Source: Podarcis bocagei (lineage: Eukaryota). Taken from it: DNA of 64,000 nucleotides. The notes under the pieces are model-generated. The model did not search any database. It had not been told where the DNA came from and was given only the letters and a program-made list of their open reading frames with translations. How positions within the stretch are numbered: position 1 is the stretch's first letter; every line of letters begins with the position of its first letter. The DNA is taken from the NCBI GenBank assembly GCA_964188305.1, contig OZ076885.1. One strand, 5' to 3'. Below, piece after piece: positions 12,121-24,100 of this stretch. The position numbers were made by a program, and so were the translations under genes.

Positions 12121-15100
12121 CAAAAGAGAGGTTTGTCCTCAGGTGCGTTGTTAGGCTGCTGGAGCATCCTTTCCTTGCACGGTAGAAATACGAAAATCTC
12201 TGTAGAAGCAAATTCCGTTGTGTGAAAAGTTCGTTGAGTGAGAAGTGAATAGTGTTAAATCAGTATTATAACTGGAGATTTCCTGATAAACTCCTCACAT
12301 TTGCCAATTGGTGTGAATTGTTTTACTCTACAGGAAAGAAAACCTCATGAACCAAATGAATGCATGTTGGAAGAAATGTTGAATCACTATTTGTGCGTGT
12401 GTGTTTTGGAATGTATGAAGGCTTCCTTTTTTTTAAAAAAAAAGGAAATAGGAAGTTACAGCATGATAGAAATAGAAAGTAATAGCATGTTAGTCTCCGT
12501 AGTCTCTCAAGTGAGAGGCGCCTTCCTGGAATCAAGTTAACATAACAGTTGAGGATGCTGAATCTTTTAGAAATATGTAACCTGGGTCAGTGAGCAGACC
12601 AAGATGGTTGGTACAGTAGCTCCTGCATGTGATTTCAAGTTACATAGTATTCTGTCCCATTCGCCGCACCACATTGACACAAAAAAATTAAACATGGAAA
12701 CTGACAGGCAATTACGCAGTTCATCACAGGCAATACTAGCACCTTCATAGGAAAAGATCCTTCAGTTTTGTGCACACATTGTTTGCAGTACATATTCTTT
12801 ATAGCCTAAAAAGTGAACAGTTAAGTGATGTTAGGGGTGTAGGTAACAGCAACTTTAGTCCACCTTACAGTTCTACTTCCCACGTTTCATGCCTGCTTAT
12901 ACCTAATATTTTTTGTTACAATTATAAATTGGGTCATCTTAGTTATTGAAATGACTGTGTTTAATGGGAGAAAGAAGTGGGAAGACAGGATAACCTTTTC
13001 TGTCTGATGTACTAACTTTGTGTGAGAGTGCATTGCACTAGAAATCAAATTTGGTTTGTGGTGTATATTGTTCCCTATTGATTTCAATCCTCAAGGCTTG
13101 ATTACTGTAGCACACTTTATGTGGGGCTACCCTTTATCTAGTCCGGAAGCTTCAATTTGTGCAGAATGCAGTGGCCATACTGCTCAAAGGAGCAACATAC
13201 AACTGCTGCTGAGGGAGCTGTTGTGGTTGCCTGTTTGTTACCTGCCTAGGTTCAAGGTACTTACATTAATTCACAAAACCCTAAACAGTACAGGCCTTTG
13301 CAATACAATTTTTCTCTTTAATGATGTTTTATTGATGCTTTTTGCTGCTTTTATTTTTATATGCTGTTAACCACTTTGGTATATTTTGATGAAAGTGTGG
13401 ATTATAAATACATAAATAAATAAATAAATAGAAATAAACACCCACATGTGTTTCAAGTGTGTGTTTATGTATTACTTTAAATAGAACATTAAGAAGGCCG
13501 TGCAATTCCATAAGCAGTAGGACTGGAACCAAACTTACACTGAACAGAATTATACTGTAACCACAGAAACATGGCAACCAGCAGCCAGTTTGTTCATAAT
13601 AACTCCTTTAGTGGCATTGTTCAGTGGCAGAGCACAACAAACCACGCAGGAGGTCCCAAGAGCAGTCCCTGCCATCTCCAGATAGTGACTGACTGCTGTC
13701 TGAAGCCCTGGAGAACCTTTGCCAGTTAGTCTAGCAAATACTAAGCTATATGGACAGTGGTCTGACTTGCCTTAAACCAGCACCCAATATTCCTACAAAC
13801 CTGGGCTGAAGAACATATAGCTCCATATGCTTTAGGGCCCCTCTGCTACCTTCTGTCCTGGACTGCATGGTTAGTGCTCAGGAATGATGGGCATTGTAGT
13901 TAAGCACATCTGGGGGGGGGGTCACAGGCTTCCTACATGTGCAGTACTCATAGTCCTTACTCCAGGTAAAGATAAAGCATATAGTTTATATTGTCAAGGT
14001 CCCAAGTTTGATCTTGCCACCTCCAAGCATCTCCATTTTGTCTCGTCATTAATTCCTGGTCACACCCATTCTTTCCTGTTGATTTATTTACTACTATGCA
14101 TAAGTTTCATTTCACAAGGGTTCTAGTTTATGTTCATTATGTATCCCTGTATGTGATTATAGCACTAGATTGATTGGTGTACAAGAGACAATTAATACCT
14201 GTATTTCAGCTTTCCTGTATCTTGGTTTGGGATGTGTAGGAACATTTCCTTTTTTGGGTTGACTTGGGGTGCCCAGTGCTAATTCCCTCCAATGTCAGGT
14301 GTACATTCAGGTGTATTCATGTACATGCCATCTTGCATTCACAACTAGTGCAAAGGCACTTAGCTGTTTTCAGTAATTTTGAATATATGAATGCTGGTGA
14401 AGTTGTTGCAACATCACACAGGGTTTCTGCTGCTGCACTAACTTTTTTTCTGACTGCATGGCTCTAGGTAATGACCACATTTCATCTCTGGAAGCATTGG
14501 ATGGATGGATGCTTGTCTCTGGAAGGCGTGGGGTGTATGTTAAATGTTCCACTTGATCAGGGAAAATTTATTGTATTTTGCCTATAGTACCCCATTTTTA
14601 AATATTCTGTTCCCTATCAAGAGTAAAAGAAGTATAACACGAGTATGTAATGAATTAATTTTATCTATAAGAGTTTTTCATATTTCTACAATAGTTTTCT
14701 AGAGTAAAAGATTGTTCTTGTAAACTTGGTAATCTGTTCTAGTGAAGGTGTTCTACCCTGAAAAAGTTTTAATTACAACAAATCACTGGTGTAGATGACA
14801 CCATTATAGCTTTCAGACAAATATGTTTTATATATTTATTTGAAATTCCTAGTTGTGGCAAGAGGAGAAACATAAAATATGAGGACCAAATCCTCTTGTT
14901 CAGGTATTTGGTACATAATTCAAAAACTTTATATGACTTTTGTGCACATTTATCGTGTGTGCTATGTCTGTTTCCTGTAGTATTTTCCTACCATACACTT
15001 CATTCTGTATACCTTCAGCCACTCTCCTCTTTAATGTGTGCTTACCTAGTCTTCACCCATATTGGCTTGTTCCCCAGTGGATAGATTTAGGCCACATTCG

Positions 15101-18100
15101 CAGCATACTTTTAAAGTACTATGATACCACTTTAAACTGTCATGGCATCTCCCAAAGAATTCTGGGAGCTGTCGTTTATTAAGCATGCTGAGAATTGTTA
15201 GGAAATCCCCATTCCCCTCACAGAGCTACCACAGTTCCCACAGTGGTTTAACAATCAGCCCCTCTTCATAGGGAACTCTAGGAATTGAAGTTATGGGAAG
15301 GGAATAGGAGTCTCCTAACAACTTTCAGCACCTCAAGAGTGCTTTAAATGTATGATTTGAATGTCACCTTATCAGTGTACATGGTGAGAAAGAAAGAACA
15401 GTATTTATAGGCCTATAGTTGCTTCTTCATCATGTATTGCCAATGATGTCGTCAGCCACACTTGATCTGTTGCAGGATAAGAATAATAGTGAAAATGTAC
15501 TCCCCATTTCTTCACTGTATACATGGATGGAGCTTCCCTGGGGGCAGGTGGGGGGCGTACTCTGGCTGTGGATAGCAACTTCAACTTGGATGGTGGTGTT
15601 TTGTGGTGGGTTACCGTATTTGCTACTATGTATGGCTTATTCCCCACACTGATTACTTTTCATGGGAACCTGCTTACTAGTGTGCATCTCCTTTTGTAAG
15701 TACAGGAGTTGAACTTCCTATCTGTTTGTGTACTGAGCAATGAGGCAGGCTGCTTCTGGAGAGCCTGAAAACATAGTAAACATTGGACACCTGCCCTTTC
15801 TTCCTTTCTTTTTCTTATTTGAATCTCACCCATAGCCATAGTTGTGACATCTCATGGCTGCTACACAAGTGCAGAGTTGCACCACCACAATGGTTTTGAC
15901 AGATGTGAGCTATGTGCAGGTGTAAATGTTCCATTTGTGTAGGAGTAGGGCTCCTTTCCATGGTGCAAAACTTATCAGTTATCACGTGTTTTCCCCACTA
16001 TGGACAGCAGGGAACTGTCTTCACATTAGATGCTGAATTCTCAGTTCATGATCTGCCCTACCAGTCTGATCAGGTTGTGTGCATAGAGCTCATATTTTTT
16101 AATACATGTATTCCAGAGTAGTTTATGTACTGAGTCTGGTTACATGTTTGGTGTGTGGCACCTTGTGATTCCATGTGCTTGTTCAAGAGTATGATGATTA
16201 GCTATGCTCTTTTTTTCAGTTGGGGCTGTACCTGAACCTCTGCTTGAGGAACATGGGAAGCTGCCTTATACTAAATCAGACCATTTGTCTCTGTAGCTCA
16301 GTATTGTCTACAGTGACTAGCAGTGGCTCTCTGAATTTTCAGACGAGGGTATCTCCCAGCCCTATCTGGTATGCCAGAGATTGACCTTTTGCATGCAGTG
16401 CTGATGCTCTACCTTTCAGCTATGGCCCAGTCCCAGATCCTCTCTGGAGTGGGTTCTGATGTAATGGATGCTGCTGCCCATGTTATTTCCCCTCGTTTAA
16501 GAGTAACTTGGTTCCCATAGCTTTTCAATGGGTTGTCTTTATATGCTAACCCTTTCATTTCAGAGTTCTGTCCCTGTGTGTTTTGGCAGGAGGGTTATTC
16601 ATGCTTGTCTAACGGTGGAGGGTGTTTCCTATGAGGTAGTATGATGGTTATCAATGTACACTCATGGTCCTTGGATAGAATGCTAATGAGCAACATTTTT
16701 TTTTCCTCATTAGTTTCCTTTTCTTCCATCTTAGCAGCATTAGGATTTGCACACCACAACTTCATTAGTGCAGTAGTATTACATGGATGTGGGAATACAC
16801 CTTTGGACCCAGAGATGCAAAAGTTGCCTGTAAGCTTTCTTGTCCATAAGAGAATCCACTGAAGAACTAGATAAGACATGACTAAATAACAAGAACAATT
16901 GGACCAAGAGCCTGTGAGCTTACTGTACGTAGGGATTCATATGGAGGCCTTTGTCAACTTAGAGCCTTTTCAGTTGTGGCACACACCTTATTAAATACCT
17001 TACCCAGTGAGATCAGTCAGGCCTTCACACTGTTTTTAAGTAGCAGGCAGAAACATGACTCTTTAAGAAGACTTTTGACTGTCTTCTCCCCACTCTCAGT
17101 TTAATTTGTTTAATGTGCCTTTATGTGATTTTCAGGAATTACTTATATTCTTCGACCTGGCATGTTAACAATTGCTCATTACCACTATTTTTTAGAATTG
17201 CTGCTCTTTTGTGTTTTTAGATATTGTATGAAACTTTGTTTTGGAAACCACCCTGATTCCATTTCCCCCCGTTAAAGGCAGGTTATAGGTTTTTACAATA
17301 AATTAATAGTTGAGCCAAGAATATAGCACTGTGTTCTAGGATCAAGTTTTGGAAATGGAAATCTCAATGTATGGAAGTAGGCTAAAGATTTGATCAAAGT
17401 TTCAGCAAACTATTTGTTTCCTCTTCAGATTCAGAGTGCAAACAAGAATGTGTTGCAAATGCAGCTTCATGAAAAATACACATTGTAGAGAATTCAAAGC
17501 CTCTGTGCCATGCAGAAGTAAAGAAGCACATACTATGGCTTGGGTTCAGAGTTCCTGCAGGCAGAACTTCGCTCAATCTGTGCTCCCATTGGAGGAAAGG
17601 AAAAGCAATCTCCACTGATGCTTCCTGCCCCCTGAAAAACTGCTCTGAGGCGAGGGTGTTGAGGAAGACCTTTGGAACCGCATGGGAGGTGGCAGCAGGA
17701 GGAAATCAGCAAAAATGGCCATCTCGGCCTCCCTCCAGCAGGAGCCATCCCTTCCACAAATGAAGGGAAACTCTTGATGAAGCCTCATGCATTTAAATTT
17801 TGAAGAAAAGGGTCAGGCTTTCCATGGAATTGAGCTTTACTCTGATTGTAAAAAGAAATAAGATAGTCATATTTCAAATTTGAAAAGGGTCCAAAGTAAT
17901 GAAAAGCAAAGTATGAAGCCGGTGAAATTCCAGCTGCATATTTCCTATACGGAGCTTTTTCTTACTCCAAAAGTTTTAAAACACACTCTGAAAAATGTCT
18001 TAACAGTTCCTGATTCACTTGGAAGTACTGTTGTTTAGTCGTGTCTGACTCTTTGTGACCCCATGGACCAGAGCACGCCAGGCACTTCTGTCTTCCACTG

Positions 18101-21100
18101 CCTCCCGCAGTTTGGTCAAACTCATGCTGGTAGCTTCGAGAACACTATCCAACCATCTCGTCCTCTGTCGTCCCCTTCTCCTTGTGCCCTCAATCTTTCC
18201 CAACATCAGGGTCTTTTCCAGGGAGTCTTGTCTTCTCATGAGGTGGCCAAAGTATTGGAGCCTCAGCTTCACGATCTGTCCTTCCAGTGAGCACTTAGGG
18301 CTGATTTCCTTAAGAATGGAGAGGTTTGATTTTCTTGCAGTCCATGGGACTCTCAGGAGACTCCTCCTGGAAGTACTAGGGTAGGGGTAAAACAAAAATT
18401 AACCCCAAATCTATTCCTATACTTCTAAAAAAGAAATTGTATGCTGTTGTGTCTCTGGTTTACCAATTGCATTTAATGGTCTTGATTCACTTTTTCAAGT
18501 TCCAATAAATATTGTTTGGCAAAAAAGGAAAAAACTGAGAGCCATCTAGGATGCAGGGAGAAACTGTGTAAATCATCAATTCTCTATTTGTGGAATTAGA
18601 AATGAATAAACTCTGGAATTCCCTCTTGCCTTGAAAAAGGGGATATCAGCATTGTAGCATCAAAAGAATGCAGTTTGAGTCTGAAGAGACACAACGTGTA
18701 GCACTGTCTCCTTGGGAACCGTGGCCAGTGGAAAGAATCTCTAGGTGTTGCAGGGAAGTTGCTGAAAAGAAATAGGTCTGTATTATTTATTGAGACTATA
18801 CTGTATTGTGTGTAGGGAAGAACTCTTGTGTCAGGCCTATTGCATGGTTCAATAACTGCCCAGAAATACAGCAAATAAAATAAAAGGTGTTACCTGTGTG
18901 AGACATGACCAGATAACCAAGAATGTGCAGGTCTTGCTCACATGAATGCTTTCAAACACATTTAACATGATCTTTGGAAGGTTTCAGTAGCATCATCAAC
19001 AGCCACTACCTTTGTTCCTGATGATCCTAATCAGGAAACTACTTTGTAGTATATGTGTGGGTGGTGTTGCTGGATATGCACTGTTTTCTCTTCCCCTGTA
19101 GCTTATGTGATTCTGTCTTAGGTTCCTGGAGGCTATTGGGGACATTCTTCTGATGGTGTGGGCTTTTCATTGCCTTGCAATGGCAGTCAGTATTTGCTAC
19201 AAGGCTAGAATGGCCTTGTGCCCCTACTGTCTTAGTTTAGTTGAAAGTGAGTATCACAAGCTGTACTGTGGTCTTTACTGAGGAAATCTAAATATATTTT
19301 TCTTGATGTCAGGAAGCTAACAATAAGTAAGTTTCCAATCTTCTGCTTTGCAGATTTAAGAGGTATCCTAAAAATAGTTTGAAGTGCTGATAGCTTGAAG
19401 ATGTTGAAGTGACTTGATTTTCCTATCACCCTTTAATATCACTGCTGTTCTTAATTGATAACATTTTGTTTAGTAGTAACTTTTCTTTTTCTTATGCGTA
19501 ATATCCATTCATTATTGCAGATTTGTCTCGTACTACTATGTAAAACTGTTTCTGCTGCTAGTAATTTTTTGTAGCATGTACCACTTTCTACTTGAAGACT
19601 TCCCAGTATTTGACTTTATAAAGTTTGCTTGAAGCAGGAGCTGCGGTTATGTTTAAAATAACACCCAAGTTTCTTTTATTCTAGATAATTGGAATGTAAC
19701 AAGCATATCACTAGTTCTATGAAACCAACAAATGGTTGTGACCTGCATCCCAATATATTTACTTTAATCCAATTTAGCATACTCATGCTAAAGCCCATTG
19801 AAAACTGTAACAGGCTAACTGTGATTAAAAGTTCGACTGATTTCAGTGGAGTTAAGCACTTCCATCTGAAATTAGACAGTGACCATGATCCAGTACATGC
19901 CAGAATTCTGATGTTCTTGATAACATAGGCCAAATAGTTGAATTCAGAATTTGATTGTTTATATCCTGCATGAGTTTTTGCAGTCTTGCTAGTTTAAAAC
20001 ATTGAAGAATCCTTCAGGTGGGAAGCCATACCTTACAATAATCTGTGAATTACAGTAATAGTAATGTGTATTTGTTTTATTTATTCAATCTATTAGTTGC
20101 TTTTTTATCAGAGGAACACAAAGCGACTTTGAGTATATAAACAGACACACATATTAAAACTGGCATAAAGGAAAAGAGGAAAAAATCTGAAAAATAACCC
20201 TGGTTTTAAAAGGCAGTACAAGCTTTATGTTCTAGCTGCTGCTGTGTATACAAATTGGGTCAGATTATGTTGCGTGGGAAGATGAAAAGTTTATATACCA
20301 CTCTACATAATACTGGATTTCATTTATATATATATATTATATATATGCAGGTTTTGGTGTCTTCGGGTATCTTCCCGTGTAAGAGTTGGGGTGTCTAGGC
20401 GACGTTTCGACAGGGCTCTGTTCTAGTAACAAGAAGCCGAAAGCACCAGCCTGAAGATGACGAGTGAGACCTCGTCGAAACGTCGCCTAGACACCCCAAC
20501 TCTTACACGGGAAGATACCCGAAGACACCAAAACCTGCATTCCTGTACCCGTGANNNNNNNNNNNNNNNNNNNNNNNNNNNNNNNNNNNNNNNNNNNNNN
20601 NNNNNNNNNNNNNNNNNNNNNNNNNNNNNNNNNNNNNNNNNNNNNNNNNNNNNNNNNNNNNNNNNNNNNNNNNNNNNNNNNNNNNNNNNNNNNNNNNNNN
20701 NNNNNNNNNNNNNNNNNNNNNNNNNNNNNNNNNNNATTCCAGCTTCTAGATAACTTTAGGCTGACAGGAATTATACATGTGTGTGCATAAGGTGCATATT
20801 CATGCATTAGAATTCTTTTATGGTGCATTTTTTTAGCTAGCAAAGGATTGCAGTGTGAATCACAGTAGACTATAACTGCATTTTCAGAAGACCAGTGAAA
20901 TATCATTAGAGTTCCAATATAATTGTTTGCTTCTGATAGTGACTCTTTAAATGTTGTGAGGATGAAATAATACTGCATGATACCTAACTCCTCTGAAGAA
21001 AAATGTAGAGGCTGATTTCTAGCGGGGTTCGGTATAAACCTTGACACAACCTGATCACCTTTCATCAACAGCCTACAGCATGATACTGCTCAAATAATCC

Positions 21101-24100
21101 AAAATAGGGAAAGAAACCAAGAGGCCTTTCTGCCAAGTTGAGTGGCCTCTTATAGAGGTTGGTGGTTATGCTATATATGATAGTCTCCTTCACTGCATAT
21201 ATGCAACAAGGAAACACCCCTCATTGGAGCAGTGAGGAAAATGAGGTGGGTCTGCACACAGTGTAGATTGGGGGGAGGGGGAGGATGTAAAAATGCCGTT
21301 CGATTACCCAGTCCTCCACAAAGAATGGAGAGGCAAAACGTCTTGTGCAGTAATAGATGGCAGTGAAACATGCATTCTCCTCATCTCAGAGAAAATGATG
21401 GGATGCTTGGGGCTACATGAAATAGCTAGCCCTCTTTGCTCTTCCTTGCAACTAGCAAAAAGAGCATGCTTCTTTTTGAGAAGCAGGTTTTACGTTATTA
21501 CTTAAATTCTAGAATTTATTATTTGATATAGGTGTGCTACTATTCTGTGACGAAAAGAACGAATGTGGAGGATTGGCCCTGCTTTGCCTCTGCGTGTGCT
21601 CAGTGATATCTTGTGTCTTCTAGGACTCTGAGTTTAGTAATGCTGACCAGATGGATCTATATGACGACGTGCTAGCTGCCAGCTCACAACCTTCTGAAAG
21701 TTGCCCTAGCAGCTCCGAGCCACCACCCGAAAACCGGCAAGAGCAGTCTCCTAAGCCAAACAGCAAATCACCTGCTATCCTGTATACCTACAGTGGGCTG
21801 CGTAATAAGAGGGCTGCTGTTTATGTAGGCAGCTTCTCTTGGGTGAGTGCGTTCCATAATCGGAGCAGAAAGTAAAGGGCCTAACAAAAATAAAACATTT
21901 GTGTGGAAAGGCTGCATCTGCACTTTAATCTTACTACAGGTGCACTGTTCTTTAATGTTAATAGAGTGTAGTGCCCCATGTGGGTGGGTAGGTTTTATGC
22001 TGCTTGCCAACTTCAGTCCTCACAACACATTGGATAAATAACTAGAAGCATTGTTCGTTATGACACATTGATTTATTTAGGACATTTTTATCCTGCTTTT
22101 CTCACAAAGACTCAAAAACGGCTTCAAATAAATAAGCTGCAGCAACTGTGGATGAATTTTCTCCAGCAAGTATTCCGTACTATACTAAAAAGCAGCACAC
22201 CTCAGAGTTGGAGAATATGATGCTCTTGCATTAGCAGGGTAACTTTTAAGAGAAGAGGATTTAACACATTTAAGATACATCAGAAAATATGATAATAGTA
22301 GAATTGGGACCCTTAAACTGCCATGATACAGACATTTTCACAAAATTTTCTGTAGCCGGCATACAGGTATGAGAGTTTTCTCCTATGAATTAATCTCTTA
22401 GGACCTGAGTAAGTGATATTGGGCCTGCTGTGTCATGATTTAGGGTGTGTAGACTTATCACTGCCCTAAGTGCACGCAGTTCTCTTGAATACCTGTGGTA
22501 TGTGTTGGGAAAGGGATTGCTGCTGCTGCTCCTTCAATTACTTAGGTCTGTCTAGAACTTTCATCTTCTAGGAAGATACATGTTCACACATGTATGCGCT
22601 CACACATCTGCAACTCCAAAAGTGACTGTAGTGGGAGGGGTTTAATCGAATGTTCCTTCATTAGACTATACCAGGAACAGTATAGGAACTTGAGAAGGAC
22701 GAGTACTCTTACTAATATAAGATGATGTGGGTTCTCTAAAAGGTTTCAGGTTATAATGTAATTCTCTGCTTCTTCATACATAGTGGACAACTGACCAGCA
22801 GCTGACCCGAATAATCCGTTCTGTGGGTGTTTATGATGTGGTGGAACTCAAGTTTGCTGAGAACAGAGCCAATGGCCAGTCCAAAGGGTGAGCACTCCAA
22901 GACTGCTTCATAAAAGGGCCCATCATGAGGGGCTGTAATTGTGGGAGGAATGATCTAGGGACCAGTGTGGTTGATAATGGTGTGCACATAAGTCTGGTTT
23001 TCTTGCTATTTTTTTAAGGTGGCCTTAGAAGTCCCTGTTACTGTCCGGTTTGGATGCCACTGCCTTCAAACTAAATGACTACTTGTTATATGTGATTCAT
23101 GAAGGTGGTGGGCTCTGTCCAATTCTGCAGAGCGATCCCTTGTCAATGTGCTATTTGCTGCTACTCTTAATGACAGATTTATGTTTGGGGGGCATGGAGC
23201 TGAAAATTCTGCACTGTTAATGACACTGTGCTTGTGGACAGCGGGGTTGGCCTGAGAAATCAATCAAATTAGGAATGGGAGAACCTTGGGCCTGTGGGCC
23301 ACATCTGGCCGTCAGAGGATTCCCATCCAGCCTCCACAGCCTCTTGTCCTTGGCTCCTGGGCTGGCTGTGGAGGGCAGTGTTAGAAACTGGGATAGGAAT
23401 ACTGGAGCCATGTGGGTGCCAAACCAAAATGTGTAGTGGGCCATTTTTATTGCTCCCCCCCTCACCAGACAAGGCAGCCCCACAGCAATAAAAATTAAAA
23501 TTGCTGCTGGGTGACTCAGGAGGTCTGCAGTGTAGTGTGGCAGCAAAAGACAAGTCTTTTGCTACCTCTCTACCCTGCCAAACACCTGGTTCACCTAGCA
23601 GCGGGGCAGCAGCAAAAAACAAAGACAGATGGAGATGTTAGGCACCAAAAGTGGTGCTTGGACATCTCCATCAAGTTGCAAAAGGCCAATTGCAAAATGT
23701 GACTGGTGCCCGCTAATTTCAAACCCTGGTGGAATGAGCTCTCTGTCTCCCAAGCTATCACAGAAGTGCAGTGGATTGGAGGCACAGGAACTTCATCTGG
23801 ATAAGTACTGCAGTGGGAGATAAAGGGATGAAACCCCTTACCTCTTGTTCCTGACATGGATTGGGCCCCCACACCTGCAATTTGCCAGGAGGGGGGCACT
23901 CACATAGGAACAAATGCGGGCTTTTCCCTCAATGCATCTGTGTGTATGTGAGAGAGATAAATGTAATGATGTGAGCTCATATGTGTGAGCAGATGAGGAT
24001 GGGGGGGTGAGAGCGGGAGTGGTGTGGCCCTGTCTAATTTTTCCTCCCGTCCCACCCACCAATGCTACATAGCAGTGACATTTTGTAGACCTTGGGTGGG

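Noticed and set aside
17429-17810. Possible cassette exon in the long CPSF7 intron (acceptor ctcttcag)
   Set aside because: Early in-frame stop, no clear donor and no other support.
20457-21068. ORFs spanning the N run
   Set aside because: Artefacts of the assembly gap.
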